Assembly: GCA_965215195.1 (NCBI GenBank) | Contig: CBDCDC010000002.1 | Span: forward strand, 576,001 to 640,000 | DNA from: Candidatus Latescibacterota bacterium | Lineage (GTDB): Bacteria; Latescibacterota; UBA2968; UBA8231 | Direction of reading: 5' to 3' | Length of the DNA stretch: 64,000 bases | Part shown: positions 9,247 to 19,003 of the stretch, piece by piece | Position numbering within the stretch: position 1 is the stretch's first letter | Layout: every line of letters begins with the position of its first letter | Program-made: the position numbers and the translations under genes | The notes under the pieces: model-generated | What the model saw: the letters and a program-made list of their open reading frames with translations, nothing else | The model's database searches: none | Told to the model about the DNA's origin: nothing

Positions 9247-10605
9247 ATGGTTGTCGTAAAACAAATTGAGCCCAACAGCCTCGGGGCCCGCGCGGGATTT
9301 TGCATTGGCGATCGCATTTTGCGCATCAATGGCGAAGAAGTGCGCGATTTGATCGACGTTCAAGTCAGCAGTGCCGAGGAAGTGCTCTGCGTAGAAATCG
9401 AGCGCGGCAAAGACCTATACGAGGCCGAGATTGAGCGCCGGAGCGGCGAGTCCCTAGGGCTGGTCTTCGAGGATATGCGCTTGCGCACCTGCAACAACAA
9501 ATGCGTGTTCTGCTTTATCCACCAAATGCCCAAGGGCATGCGGCGCAGCCTGTATTTTGAGGACGACGATTTTCGGCTCTCCTTTCTCCACGGCTCGTAC
9601 GTGACCTTGACCAATGTCCGCGAAAGCGATATCGACCGCATCATTGAACAAGGGCTAACGCCGCAATACATCTCAGTTCATGCGACCGACCCCGAGCTGA
9701 GGCAAGTCATGCTCGGGCGCACCAAAGCGACCGTCGATATCAACGAGCGCTTGCGCAAATTAGCCGCCAATGGCATTGAAATGCACACTCAGGTCGTGCT
9801 CTGCCCGGGCTGGAACGACGGGCCGCATCTAGAGCGCACGGTGGCCGATCTGTCCGCGTACTATCCCGCAGTGCGCTCGGTGGCACTGGTGCCGGTGGGG
9901 CTGACGGATCATCGGCACAAGCTCGTCCAGCTCAGTCCAGTGACCCCGGCCAAGGCCGCTGAGTACGCGGCCGCAGCCCAAGCGTGGGGCTTGCAATTCA
10001 AAGAGTGCTTTGGCGAGCGCTTCGTCTATGCGGCAGATGAGATCTTTCTGCTGACGGGTCGGCCCCTGCCAGAGGCGTCGTATTACGATGCGTTTCCCCA
10101 GCTAGAAAACGGCATCGGCATGGTCCGTTCTTTCCTCGACACTTGGGACGAGGCCAGCAAGAGGCTGCCAGTGCGCATTCCCAAGGCTGGGCGGATCGGC
10201 CTGCTGACCGGGCGATTGGCCGAACAAATCCTCGTGCCCCTAGTGGCTAGGCTGAATGCCATCGAGAACGTACAGGTCGATCTCCTGCCGGTAGATAATG
10301 ACTTTTTCGGCCGCGGCATCACCGTGTCGGGCCTGCTGACCGGCCGCGATATGGCGGCGAGAGTGCGCGACGGAATCCAGCGGGATTTGGTCTTGCTGCC
10401 GCCCAATTGCATCAATGGCGAGGGCTTGACGCTGGACGACATGACCGTGCCGCAACTGGCGGAAAAGGTCGGCGTGCCCCTCGCGGTAGGGGGGTACGAC
10501 TTGGTCGAATCCCTCGAGCGCTTTTGGACCGATCAGGGCGTGAAGGTACAAGGGGCGGGGCGGCAGCTAACCGAACTGGGTTATTACATAGGGCGCGAAA
10601 AATGA
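9247..10605 (+). CDS. PDZ + radical SAM-like DUF512 Fe-S protein
   Basis: N-terminal PDZ-like region, CNNKCVFC (CxxxCxxC), QLENGIG, VSGLLTGRD. Confidence 0.9.
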   Translation: MVVVKQIEPNSLGARAGFCIGDRILRINGEEVRDLIDVQVSSAEEVLCVEIERGKDLYEAEIERRSGESLGLVFEDMRLRTCNNKCVFCFIHQMPKGMRRSLYFEDDDFRLSFLHGSYVTLTNVRESDIDRIIEQGLTPQYISVHATDPELRQVMLGRTKATVDINERLRKLAANGIEMHTQVVLCPGWNDGPHLERTVADLSAYYPAVRSVALVPVGLTDHRHKLVQLSPVTPAKAAEYAAAAQAWGLQFKECFGERFVYAADEIFLLTGRPLPEASYYDAFPQLENGIGMVRSFLDTWDEASKRLPVRIPKAGRIGLLTGRLAEQILVPLVARLNAIENVQVDLLPVDNDFFGRGITVSGLLTGRDMAARVRDGIQRDLVLLPPNCINGEGLTLDDMTVPQLAEKVGVPLAVGGYDLVESLERFWTDQGVKVQGAGRQLTELGYYIGREK

Positions 10606-11951
10606 GCACCCAAACCAGCCATCGCCGGCCCATCGTGGCGATTGTCGGGCGTCCCAACGTGGGCAAATCGACCCTGTTTAACCGCATCTTGGGGACTCGG
10701 TGGGCCATAACCGACGGCCAGCCCGGGGTCACGCGCGATCAGATATTCGCCGCGGCCGAATGGGCAGGCCGGTCCTTCACCTTGGTCGATACCGGGGGCT
10801 ATATGCCCAGTGCCAAAGACGCGCTAGCCGCGGCCGTGCGCTCCCAAGCGACAAAAGCCCTCGCAGAAGCGGATATAGCGATTTTTCTCTGCGATGGGAC
10901 CACGGGTGTGACCGATCTCGACCAAGAGATGGGGGCCATGCTGCGCAGCCGAGGCGGGAAGTGCTTGCTGGTCGTCAACAAGGTCGATGGGGTGGGGCCG
11001 GTCGCGCCGCTCGACGAATTCTACCGGCTCGGCTTGGGGGAGCCCCTGCCGGTTTCAGCCGTTACCGGGCGGCGTTCCGGTGCCTTGCTCGACGCGCTCA
11101 TTGCGCTCTTCGACGAGGCCGGGGCTTATGAGTCGGAAGGGGACGAGGCGGCGATTCGGGTCGCTTTAGTCGGGCGTCCCAACGTGGGCAAATCCACGCT
11201 GATCAACCGCCTTGCCGGCTATCAGGTTTCCATCGTCCACGACCAGCCCGGTACGACCCGCGACCCAACCCACCTGCGCTTGGCTTGGCAGGATAACCAC
11301 CTGCTGTTCGCGGATACGGCCGGTTTGCGGAGGCGATCTAAGGTCGATGATCCAGTAGAATTCTACAGTACGCGCCGAGCGGCCAACAGCATCGCTCAAG
11401 CCGATGTGGCGGTCGTGCTCCTAGACGGCGCCGAGGGATGGGTCATGCAGGACGCCCGCATCATGGAGCAGGTGATAAAGTCTGGATGCGGCTTGGTGGT
11501 GGCGATCAATAAATGGGATGTAGTCGCCGAGAAAACCGCAGTCGAGTACCGCCGCGAGTTGCGCGACCGCTACCCCTTTTTGCGCGACTATCCGGTGCTG
11601 TGCATATCGGGCTTGACCGGACGGCGGGTCCACAAGTGCCTCGAAGTGGTGACCGCAGTGGGCAACAAGCGCCGGACGCGGATTCCCACTGCGCGCTTGA
11701 ACAAGATCATTCAGCAGATCTCCGGCGAGTACTTGGCGACTCAAGCAGGCCGAGATATCCGCCTACTTTACGCCACCCAACACGCGGTCAACCCGCCGGC
11801 GTTTACGATCTTTACGAATCTGCCCCGCTCCGTGCCGGGGAATTATCGACGCCACATCGAAAATCGACTGAGGTCGGAGTTTGATTTCGAGGGAACGCCT
11901 TTGCGCATCGTCTGGCGTCGTCGCAAAGGACACAGGGAAGTGCGATCGTGA
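10602..11951 (+). CDS. der: Ribosome biogenesis GTPase Der
   Basis: Two GRPNVGKS P-loops, DTGG/DTAG, NKVD/NKWD, KH-like C-terminus; ATGA overlap with the upstream gene. Confidence 0.96.
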   Translation: MSTQTSHRRPIVAIVGRPNVGKSTLFNRILGTRWAITDGQPGVTRDQIFAAAEWAGRSFTLVDTGGYMPSAKDALAAAVRSQATKALAEADIAIFLCDGTTGVTDLDQEMGAMLRSRGGKCLLVVNKVDGVGPVAPLDEFYRLGLGEPLPVSAVTGRRSGALLDALIALFDEAGAYESEGDEAAIRVALVGRPNVGKSTLINRLAGYQVSIVHDQPGTTRDPTHLRLAWQDNHLLFADTAGLRRRSKVDDPVEFYSTRRAANSIAQADVAVVLLDGAEGWVMQDARIMEQVIKSGCGLVVAINKWDVVAEKTAVEYRRELRDRYPFLRDYPVLCISGLTGRRVHKCLEVVTAVGNKRRTRIPTARLNKIIQQISGEYLATQAGRDIRLLYATQHAVNPPAFTIFTNLPRSVPGNYRRHIENRLRSEFDFEGTPLRIVWRRRKGHREVRS

Positions 11952-12358
11952 AGAATCCATTGCAAAACAAACTGTATTACAGCATCAGCGAAGTCGCCGA
12001 ACTCACACAGCTACAACCCTATACGCTCAGGGCGTGGGAGAAGGAGTTCGCCTGTTTGCGGCCGCGGCGCGCGCGCGGTGGTAAAAACAGAGCCTACAGG
12101 GAGCGCGATATAGGGATCATCTTGTTGCTCAAACGCCTCCTGTACGAGGAGCGCTACACCACGCAGGGCGTAAAGAAGAAGCTCAAAGACGAGCCCGAGC
12201 TCCTGCGCCAGGTTGGGGAACAAGTCCCCGTTTGGTGTGCGAAACAGCAGGGCCGTCCCGCTTCAGTAGTGGAGCGACCCGCACCGGACCGGGAGGCCGC
12301 ATTCAGGGTGATCGAAGAGGCCAAAAAGGAGCTGCGCGAGATTTTGCGCTTCCTCTAG
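11948..12358 (+). CDS. MerR-family transcriptional regulator
   Basis: KLYYSISEVAELTQLQPYTLRAWEKEF, R.Y...D, LLYEERYT. Confidence 0.88.
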   Translation: MKNPLQNKLYYSISEVAELTQLQPYTLRAWEKEFACLRPRRARGGKNRAYRERDIGIILLLKRLLYEERYTTQGVKKKLKDEPELLRQVGEQVPVWCAKQQGRPASVVERPAPDREAAFRVIEEAKKELREILRFL

Positions 12359-12390
12359 CGTGGGCATTTGGCGAGGGCTGTTAAGTCGTC

Positions 12391-12424
12391 TTGCCTAAAT
12401 CAATACAATCCTATATGTTATACT
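12391..12424 (+). promoter_or_regulatory. Promoter of the rimP-nusA-infB operon
   Basis: TTGCCT-17-TATGTT, plus an overlapping extended -10 TGtTATACT. Confidence 0.6.
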
Positions 12425-12427
12425 CTC

Positions 12428-12456
12428 AAGTGGGCTATGATGCCCACTTTTTTCTT
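12428..12456 (+). promoter_or_regulatory. rimP-leader hairpin/attenuator
   Basis: AAGTGGGC-TATGAT-GCCCACTT plus T tract; GGGC..GCCC stem typical upstream of rimP. Confidence 0.75.
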
Positions 12457-12473
12457 ACAGGAGAAAAGCGCGT

Positions 12474-12926
12474 ATTTCCGCGGTAGATAAATTCGCATTA
12501 AAGGCCGATTTAGTAGCTCTTGTCGAACCCATTATCCGCGAGCACGAGGCCGAACTCGTCGATATTGAACTCAGTGGTACCCGAGGCAATCAACTAGTCA
12601 GATTGTTGGTTCACAAAAATTGCGGTATAACACTGGCCACCTGCGAGTCAATCAGCCGCGAAGTGGCCGATCTTTTCGACGTAGAAGATCCCATTGCTGG
12701 ACGGTATCGGCTCGAAGTTACCTCGCCGGGGTTGGACCGGCCCCTAGAGACCGATGGCGATTTTGCCCGCGCCCGTGGCCGCTTGCTCAAAGTCGTGCTC
12801 GCGTCCGGCCGGGTGGTCAAAGGCCGGCTGATCGCTTGGGAAGCCAACCGGATCCAGCTCGACGGTCCAGCCGAGTTCGTGGCGCGGGCCGATATCGCTA
12901 GAGCCAACATCGAACCTGAATTGTAA
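12474..12926 (+). CDS. rimP: Ribosome maturation factor RimP (start uncertain, probably ATT)
   Basis: LVEPII...ELVDIEL...GITLATCESISR...YRLEVTSPGLDRPL; directly upstream of nusA. Confidence 0.88.
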   Translation: MSAVDKFALKADLVALVEPIIREHEAELVDIELSGTRGNQLVRLLVHKNCGITLATCESISREVADLFDVEDPIAGRYRLEVTSPGLDRPLETDGDFARARGRLLKVVLASGRVVKGRLIAWEANRIQLDGPAEFVARADIARANIEPEL

Positions 12927-12950
12927 GCAGTGAAGGTCGAGCAAAAAATC

Positions 12951-14312
12951 ATGAACAACGCAAACATTGTCGAAGCCTTGGGGCAGATTGCCCGCGAAAA
13001 GAACGTCGACCGGGAACTGGTGGTGCAAACCCTCGCCGACGCCCTGATTTCAGCCGCCAAAAGACACTACGGCAATACCGAAAATTACGAAGTTGACATT
13101 GACGCGGCCCAAGGCAAGATGGCCGTGTACGCCCGCAAGACCGTCGTCGAAGAGGTGGTCGAGCCGTCCATGGAGATTCTCCTCGCCGACGCCCGCGACA
13201 TTGACCCCCATGCCCAACTGGGATCCGTGCTGGTGCAGCAGCTCAATTTCGCCGATTTTGGCCGCAATGCCATACAGACCGCCAAGCAAATTCTCATTCA
13301 GCGGGTGCGCGAAGCCGAGCGCGAGCGGATATACGACGAATTTATCGGCCGAGTCGGCCTCGTCGAATCCGGGACCGTACAGCAGATTAGCCACGGCGAC
13401 ATCATCCTCAACCTCGGCCGGGCCGAGGCGGCCGTTCCATACAAAGAGCAAATCCGCCGCGAGCGCTACCGCCAAGGCGATGTCGTGCGGGGCTATATAT
13501 ACGAGGTCCTCAAGTCGAGCCGAGGGCCTCAGGTCTTGCTCTCCCGCGCTCGGCCCGAATTCCTCAGGAAGCTCTTTGCCACGGAAGTGCCGGAGATAGC
13601 CGAGGGTATCGTCGAGATCCACGGCGTGGTCCGCGAGCCGGGCGAGCGGGCCAAGATCGCGGTCAGCAGCAGCGATGAACGAGTCGATCCGGTGGGGGCC
13701 TGTGTCGGGGTGAAGGGGTCGCGGGTCCAAGCTATCGTCCGAGAGTTGAGCGGCGAGCGCATAGATATCGTCCCTTGGATCGACGAGCCGGATATATTCA
13801 TAAGCCGGGCGCTAAGCCCGGGCACGGTGGTGCGCTGCATCACGGATTCGCGTCGCCGGCACGCCGTCGCGATCGTCGAAGACGAGGAGAAGCGCTCGAA
13901 GGCCATTGGCAAGGGCGGCCAAAATGCCAAACTAGCCAGCCAACTCACCAGTTGGGGTCTCGATATCATCACCGACGAGGAATACCAAAAGCGCCGCGCC
14001 AAGCAGGAGAAGTACCAGCAAGTATTCCGCCAGATCGATGGCATTAGCGAGCTGATTGCCCTGAGTTTGACCACATCCGGTTTCGACTCCATTGCCTCGG
14101 TCGCCGAGGCCGATTTGGAGCTATTGCAGACTGTGCCGGGCCTAGAGCTGGCCGAAACCGCCCACGGGGTAAAGGCAGCAGCAACAGCGTATCTCGCCGA
14201 ACACGGCGAGGTCGAGATCGAGGCATTGGTCGCTGCTGAGAAGGAAGAAGTACTCGCCGCGCCCGCTGCGGGCACGAGTGGAGAAGATGAGGCAGACCAG
14301 AAGGCCGAGTAG
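12951..14312 (+). CDS. nusA: Transcription termination/antitermination factor NusA
   Basis: FGRNAIQTAKQ, EVPEIAEG, REPGERAKIAV, DPVGACVGVKGSRV. Confidence 0.97.
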   Translation: MNNANIVEALGQIAREKNVDRELVVQTLADALISAAKRHYGNTENYEVDIDAAQGKMAVYARKTVVEEVVEPSMEILLADARDIDPHAQLGSVLVQQLNFADFGRNAIQTAKQILIQRVREAERERIYDEFIGRVGLVESGTVQQISHGDIILNLGRAEAAVPYKEQIRRERYRQGDVVRGYIYEVLKSSRGPQVLLSRARPEFLRKLFATEVPEIAEGIVEIHGVVREPGERAKIAVSSSDERVDPVGACVGVKGSRVQAIVRELSGERIDIVPWIDEPDIFISRALSPGTVVRCITDSRRRHAVAIVEDEEKRSKAIGKGGQNAKLASQLTSWGLDIITDEEYQKRRAKQEKYQQVFRQIDGISELIALSLTTSGFDSIASVAEADLELLQTVPGLELAETAHGVKAAATAYLAEHGEVEIEALVAAEKEEVLAAPAAGTSGEDEADQKAE

Positions 14313-14326
14313 CTGAGGGAATAGTT

Positions 14327-16678
14327 TTGGAAAAGCGCCGGGTTTATCAAGTAGCCAAAGAGCAGAAGCTGTCCAGCGATGCGCTCAGATCCATGCTTAA
14401 AGGCATGGGTATGGAAGTCAAAAGCCACATGAGCGTAGTTACGCCCGAGATGCTGGAGGCCATCAACCGCAAGCTAGCTGAAGAGAAGAAGAGCTCGATA
14501 GAGGAAGTAAAGCGGCAGAAGGCCAAAGAGGCCAGCCGCAAACAGGCCGATGGCTCCCGGCCCGAGCGCCGCCGCGAAAAGGGGCCGGGGATCCGCAAGA
14601 AGAGCACCGGGGAACGCGTCGCGCCGCTGCCCGACAAGGCCGAGGGAGGTCGTCGTCGCGGCCGCCGCCGCGGCAAAGGCCAGGAAGGCTTGGAAAGCAT
14701 CCGCGAGGAATTGGGCGAAAAACGGGAAGTAACTGCTCAGGCCAATTTGTCTGGAGCGCCTACAAAGCGCCGGCGGGGGAGGGGGAAGCGGCGCAAAGGG
14801 ACACCAGACGCCAAGGCAGTCCAAGAAAGCGTGCGGCGGACCTTGAGTCAGCTCAACGAAGGTCGGGTGCGCCGCCGCTATGAGCGCGGGCCGCGCGAAG
14901 ACGGTGCCGGGGAAGATGGCGAGATCCGCCAGATCAAGATCAGCGAGTTTATCACGCTCGGCGAATTTGCCGAACAACTCGGCGTCAAGGTCAGCGAAGT
15001 AATCGCCCTGTGTTTGCAGATGGGTGCCATGGCGACCATTAACCAGCGCCTCGATATGGACACCATGCAGACGCTGGCCGACGAGTTGGGCTTTGAAGTG
15101 GTCCCGCTGGAGGCCGAAGAAGTCGAGCTGGATGAGATCGTCGAGGAGGAAGAAATCGGCGAGCCCGAGCCGCGTCCGCCGGTCATCACCGTCATGGGCC
15201 ACGTCGATCACGGCAAAACCTCTTTGCTCGACTACTTGCGCGAAAGCAAGGTGGCCGAGGGCGAGTCTGGAGGCATTACTCAGCACATCGGGGCGTACGT
15301 GATCAACATGGAAGACGGTCGCGGCGTGACATTCCTCGACACCCCAGGGCACGCGGCCTTTACGGCGATGCGGGCTCGCGGTTCAAGGGTAACTGACGTC
15401 GTGATCTTGGTCGTAGCAGCCGACGACAGCGTCATGCCGCAAACCATTGAAGCGATTGACCACGCCAAGGCAGCGCAGGTTCCCTTAGTCGTCGCGATTA
15501 ATAAAATAGACTTACCTACGGCCGACCCAGATAAGATCAAGCGAGAGTTGGCAGAAAGGGGGGTCTTAGTCGAAGAGTGGGGAGGCCAAGTTCCCTGTGC
15601 TGAAATTTCCGCCAAGAACGGACAGGGCATAGACCACTTGCTGGAAGTTCTCCTCATCGAGGCCGAGTTGCTCGAATTGCAGGCCAATCCCTACAAGAAA
15701 GCCCGCGGGACGATCGTTGAGGCCCACCTCGACAAGGGGCGGGGCCCTGTGGCTACGGTCTTGGTGCAAGAGGGGACGCTGTGCGTCGGTGAGCCTTTTA
15801 TCACCGGAGTCTATAGCGGCAGGATTCGCGCCCTGCTTGACGAGCACGGCCAGCGCGTCCAAGAAGCGAAACCCTCGGTGCCCGTCCAAGTGCTCGGGTT
15901 GCCCGGGGTCCCGCAAGCTGGGGATGTTTTCGCGGTTGCCAATTCCGAGCGCGAAGCCAAGGACCTGAGCCAGCGGCGGCAGCTCATCAAGCGCGAGCAG
16001 GATCACCGCAAGCTGCGCACGGTCACGCTCAGCGATTTACACGATCAGATCCAGCAGGGCCACATCCAAGAATTGCGGTTGGTGGTCAAAGGCGATGTCG
16101 ATGGATCGGTCGAGGCCATAGCCGAAGAGTTGGGCCGCATAACCCACGAAGAAGTGCGGGTCAACGTCATTCACAGCGCGGTGGGGGCCATCTCGGAATC
16201 AGACGTGCTGTTGGCGGCGGCCTCTAACGCCATTTTGCTCGGTTTCCACGTAAGCACCCAACCCTCTGCCCGCGACCTCGCCGCACAGGAAGGCGTGGAA
16301 ATTCGCAACTACCGGATCATCTACGAGGTCATCGAGGATGTGCGGGCCGCCTTGGCTGGCCTCTTGGCCCCAACGACCGAAGAACAGGTGGTCGGCCGGG
16401 CCGAAATCCGCCAAATTTTTACTTCGTCCCGCATGGGGACGATCGGCGGTTGCTTGGTGCAAGACGGCACCATTGCCCGCAGCAATCAGGTGCGGATTGT
16501 GCGCGGAGACCAAGTCGTCTTTACCGGGGAGCTTACCTCGTTGCGGCGATTCAAGGACGACGTGCGGGAGGTCGCCGAGGGATTCGAGTGCGGCATGGGG
16601 TTTGCGGGGTTCGACGACATCGCAGAAGGCGACATCGTCGAGTCTCTGGTTATGGTCGAGACCGAGCGGACGCTCTAG
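14327..16678 (+). CDS. infB: Translation initiation factor IF-2
   Basis: MGHVDHGKTSLLD, GGITQHIGAY, DTPGHAAF, NKID; TTG start. Confidence 0.98.
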   Translation: MEKRRVYQVAKEQKLSSDALRSMLKGMGMEVKSHMSVVTPEMLEAINRKLAEEKKSSIEEVKRQKAKEASRKQADGSRPERRREKGPGIRKKSTGERVAPLPDKAEGGRRRGRRRGKGQEGLESIREELGEKREVTAQANLSGAPTKRRRGRGKRRKGTPDAKAVQESVRRTLSQLNEGRVRRRYERGPREDGAGEDGEIRQIKISEFITLGEFAEQLGVKVSEVIALCLQMGAMATINQRLDMDTMQTLADELGFEVVPLEAEEVELDEIVEEEEIGEPEPRPPVITVMGHVDHGKTSLLDYLRESKVAEGESGGITQHIGAYVINMEDGRGVTFLDTPGHAAFTAMRARGSRVTDVVILVVAADDSVMPQTIEAIDHAKAAQVPLVVAINKIDLPTADPDKIKRELAERGVLVEEWGGQVPCAEISAKNGQGIDHLLEVLLIEAELLELQANPYKKARGTIVEAHLDKGRGPVATVLVQEGTLCVGEPFITGVYSGRIRALLDEHGQRVQEAKPSVPVQVLGLPGVPQAGDVFAVANSEREAKDLSQRRQLIKREQDHRKLRTVTLSDLHDQIQQGHIQELRLVVKGDVDGSVEAIAEELGRITHEEVRVNVIHSAVGAISESDVLLAAASNAILLGFHVSTQPSARDLAAQEGVEIRNYRIIYEVIEDVRAALAGLLAPTTEEQVVGRAEIRQIFTSSRMGTIGGCLVQDGTIARSNQVRIVRGDQVVFTGELTSLRRFKDDVREVAEGFECGMGFAGFDDIAEGDIVESLVMVETERTL

Positions 16679-16694
16679 GGGCGGTTGACCTGTT

Positions 16695-16976
16695 TTGATC
16701 GTTATGAGTTGTGCGGTGCAAATCTATATCGGCGATAGCCATTCGCTCAAAGACAAGCGGCAAGTTCTCAACAGCCTCAAGGGGCGCATCCGCAACCGCT
16801 TTAACGCGGCCGTAGCCGAAGTAGATGACCACGCGCTTTGGCAGCGGGCGGTGTTGGGGGTTGCCGTGGTGAGTTCGGCCGTTGAACACTGCGACGAGAT
16901 GCTGACCAAAATCGTCAACTTCGTCGAAGGCGATCCCCGAGTGCATATCCTCGACTACCAAATGGAAGTACACTGA
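16695..16976 (+). CDS. DUF503 (YlxP-like) protein
   Basis: SHSLKDKRQVL...RFNAAVAEVDDHALWQR; lies between infB and rbfA. Confidence 0.88.
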   Translation: MIVMSCAVQIYIGDSHSLKDKRQVLNSLKGRIRNRFNAAVAEVDDHALWQRAVLGVAVVSSAVEHCDEMLTKIVNFVEGDPRVHILDYQMEVH

Positions 16977-16981
16977 GGCAA

Positions 16982-17335
16982 GTGGCCTCCCCGCAACGAA
17001 TTAGCCGAGTGCGCGGGCAGTTGCTGCGCGAGCTGACCGACATCGTAGGGCGGATGAAGGATCCGCGGCTGCGGCTGGTCCAAATCGTCGATGTGGAACT
17101 CTCCGCCGACATGAGCTATGCCACGATCTTTGTCAGTACGCTCGGCAACGCAGCCGACAAAAAGCAGGTACTCCAAGGAATGCACCGAGGCTTGGGTTTT
17201 ATGCGCCGAGAAATCGCCCAGCGCATGCGCTTGCGCTACGCACCCTATCTGCGGGTTGCATACGACGATACCACCGAGCGCGCCGTGCGCGTTACGGCCC
17301 TGATCGATAGCCTCGGTGGATCGCAGCATGGCTGA
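16982..17335 (+). CDS. rbfA: Ribosome-binding factor A
   Basis: KDPRL, VELSADMSYATIFVS, LRYAPYL; synteny. Confidence 0.93.
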   Translation: MASPQRISRVRGQLLRELTDIVGRMKDPRLRLVQIVDVELSADMSYATIFVSTLGNAADKKQVLQGMHRGLGFMRREIAQRMRLRYAPYLRVAYDDTTERAVRVTALIDSLGGSQHG

Positions 17336-18224
17336 TACGGCCTTGACCGGGGTTTTGGTCATCGACAAAGCCAAAGGCCCCACTTCCCACGACGTAATCG
17401 CCTCGCTCAGACGCCTATTGCAGTTGCGGCGCATTGGTCACTGCGGTACGCTCGACCCCTTGGCCAGCGGCGTTTTGGTCGTTTGCTTGGGTCGCTATAC
17501 CCGGCTCAACCGGTGGCTCAGCGGCGCAGACAAGGAATACGAGGCCGAGATTTGTCTGGGGGCTGTAAGTGCTACGGGCGATGCCGAGGGGCCGATTCGC
17601 CCCCAAGCGGACTGCACACCTCCCGACGACCACAGCGTGGCCCAAGCCCTGCGCGACGTTACGGGTGTCATAGACCAAGTGCCGCCGGCGCATTCAGCGG
17701 TAAAAGTAGCCGGGGAGCGCTCGTACAAGCGGGCGCGTCGCGGGGACGAGATCGTCCTCAAATCCCGCCGAGTGCACATCCACGCACTGGAAGTGCTCGG
17801 CTACGATTTCCCCAGACTAGGCTTGAGAGTCCATTGCTCGGCGGGAACGTACATTCGCTCGTTGGCTGCCGATCTGGGGCGCACCTTGGGGACCGGTGCC
17901 TATTTGGCGGAATTGCGCCGGCGGCGCGCCGGTGGTCTCGGGCTAGACCAAGCCCTGACGTTGGACCAACTAGCAAGCCTCAGTAGAGCGGGCCAAATTG
18001 AAAAAGCCCTCGTCCATCCGCGCTTGGCGCTGAGCGAGCTGGCAGCCGTTGAGTTGAACGAGGTCAAGCTGGTCGATTTCGCCCATGGGAGGGCGATCGA
18101 GCATCCGGTTGGCGTAGGGCCGCGCGAAGTTTGCGCGGTTTTTGACGCTGCGGAAACCTTGTTTGGCCTCGCGCGGTGGGAGCAGGGAGCGCTGCGGCCC
18201 CTTTGCGTTTTGCGCCAACCTTAG
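17328..18224 (+). CDS. truB: tRNA pseudouridine(55) synthase
   Basis: GHCGTLDPLASGVL, CSAGTYIRSLA. Confidence 0.96.
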   Translation: MADTALTGVLVIDKAKGPTSHDVIASLRRLLQLRRIGHCGTLDPLASGVLVVCLGRYTRLNRWLSGADKEYEAEICLGAVSATGDAEGPIRPQADCTPPDDHSVAQALRDVTGVIDQVPPAHSAVKVAGERSYKRARRGDEIVLKSRRVHIHALEVLGYDFPRLGLRVHCSAGTYIRSLAADLGRTLGTGAYLAELRRRRAGGLGLDQALTLDQLASLSRAGQIEKALVHPRLALSELAAVELNEVKLVDFAHGRAIEHPVGVGPREVCAVFDAAETLFGLARWEQGALRPLCVLRQP

Positions 18225-18611
18225 ATGGCAGGCACTGGCGTTCATTTTTCCGGCCGCGTCACAAGGGGCCAAGGACGCGGTAGAACACTGGGGTTTCCCA
18301 CGGCGAACTTGTTGCCCCCAAGCGATAAGCCCTTGCCGCAAGGGGTCTTTGCCGCCGAGGTGCAATACCCTCGCAGTCGGATTTTGCCGGCCGTGGCCCA
18401 CATCGGCCCCCGGCCTACATTCGCCGAAGCAGCGCTAGTTGTCGAGTTGCACCTACTCGATTTTGCTGGCGACCTCTACGGACAAACCCTGCAGGTCGTC
18501 CTCGTAAAGAAGCTGCGCGACCAACGCGCATTTGCCTGTCCAGACGAGCTGGTAGCGCAAATCCGCAGAGATATTCACCAAGTACGCGCCCTGTTCGCCT
18601 CCAAGTGCTGA
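18225..18611 (+). CDS. Stand-alone riboflavin kinase (RibF C-terminal domain only)
   Basis: GQGRGRTLGFPTANL, IGPRPTF, VELHLLDFAGDLYG; 128 aa. Confidence 0.9.
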   Translation: MAGTGVHFSGRVTRGQGRGRTLGFPTANLLPPSDKPLPQGVFAAEVQYPRSRILPAVAHIGPRPTFAEAALVVELHLLDFAGDLYGQTLQVVLVKKLRDQRAFACPDELVAQIRRDIHQVRALFASKC

Positions 18612-18647
18612 AGGCGGAAAGTGTGGCGCGAAATACGGAGGTTGAAG

Positions 18648-18914
18648 GTGTCCATAACAACTGAGCGCAAGAAGGAACTGATCGAAAAATTCGGCCAAGA
18701 GGGGGGGGCTGGATCCGCTCCGGTGCAGATTGCCATTTTCACCGAGCGCATCCGGAACCTGACCGAACACCTCAAAGACCAGCAAAAAGACTTTGCCACG
18801 CGGCGGGGGCTACTCATACTGATAGGCAAAAGGAGGCGATTGCAGAGTTATTACCAAAAGAAAAACCCGCAGGCGTACGCGGCGTTGATCCGCGAGCTTG
18901 GATTGCGCCGTTAG
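18648..18914 (+). CDS. rpsO: 30S ribosomal protein S15
   Basis: GSAPVQIAIFTERI..LTEHL..KDFATRRGLL..GKRRRL; SD GGAGGT, GTG start. Confidence 0.95.
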   Translation: MSITTERKKELIEKFGQEGGAGSAPVQIAIFTERIRNLTEHLKDQQKDFATRRGLLILIGKRRRLQSYYQKKNPQAYAALIRELGLRR

Positions 18915-19003
18915 TGCGCACTGAGCGACTCACCGCAGTGCTCGTTGGCACGGGTGCCGCACAGATTTCAAAACCCTAAAGGAAAGAGCAAAAGATATAT
19001 CTA

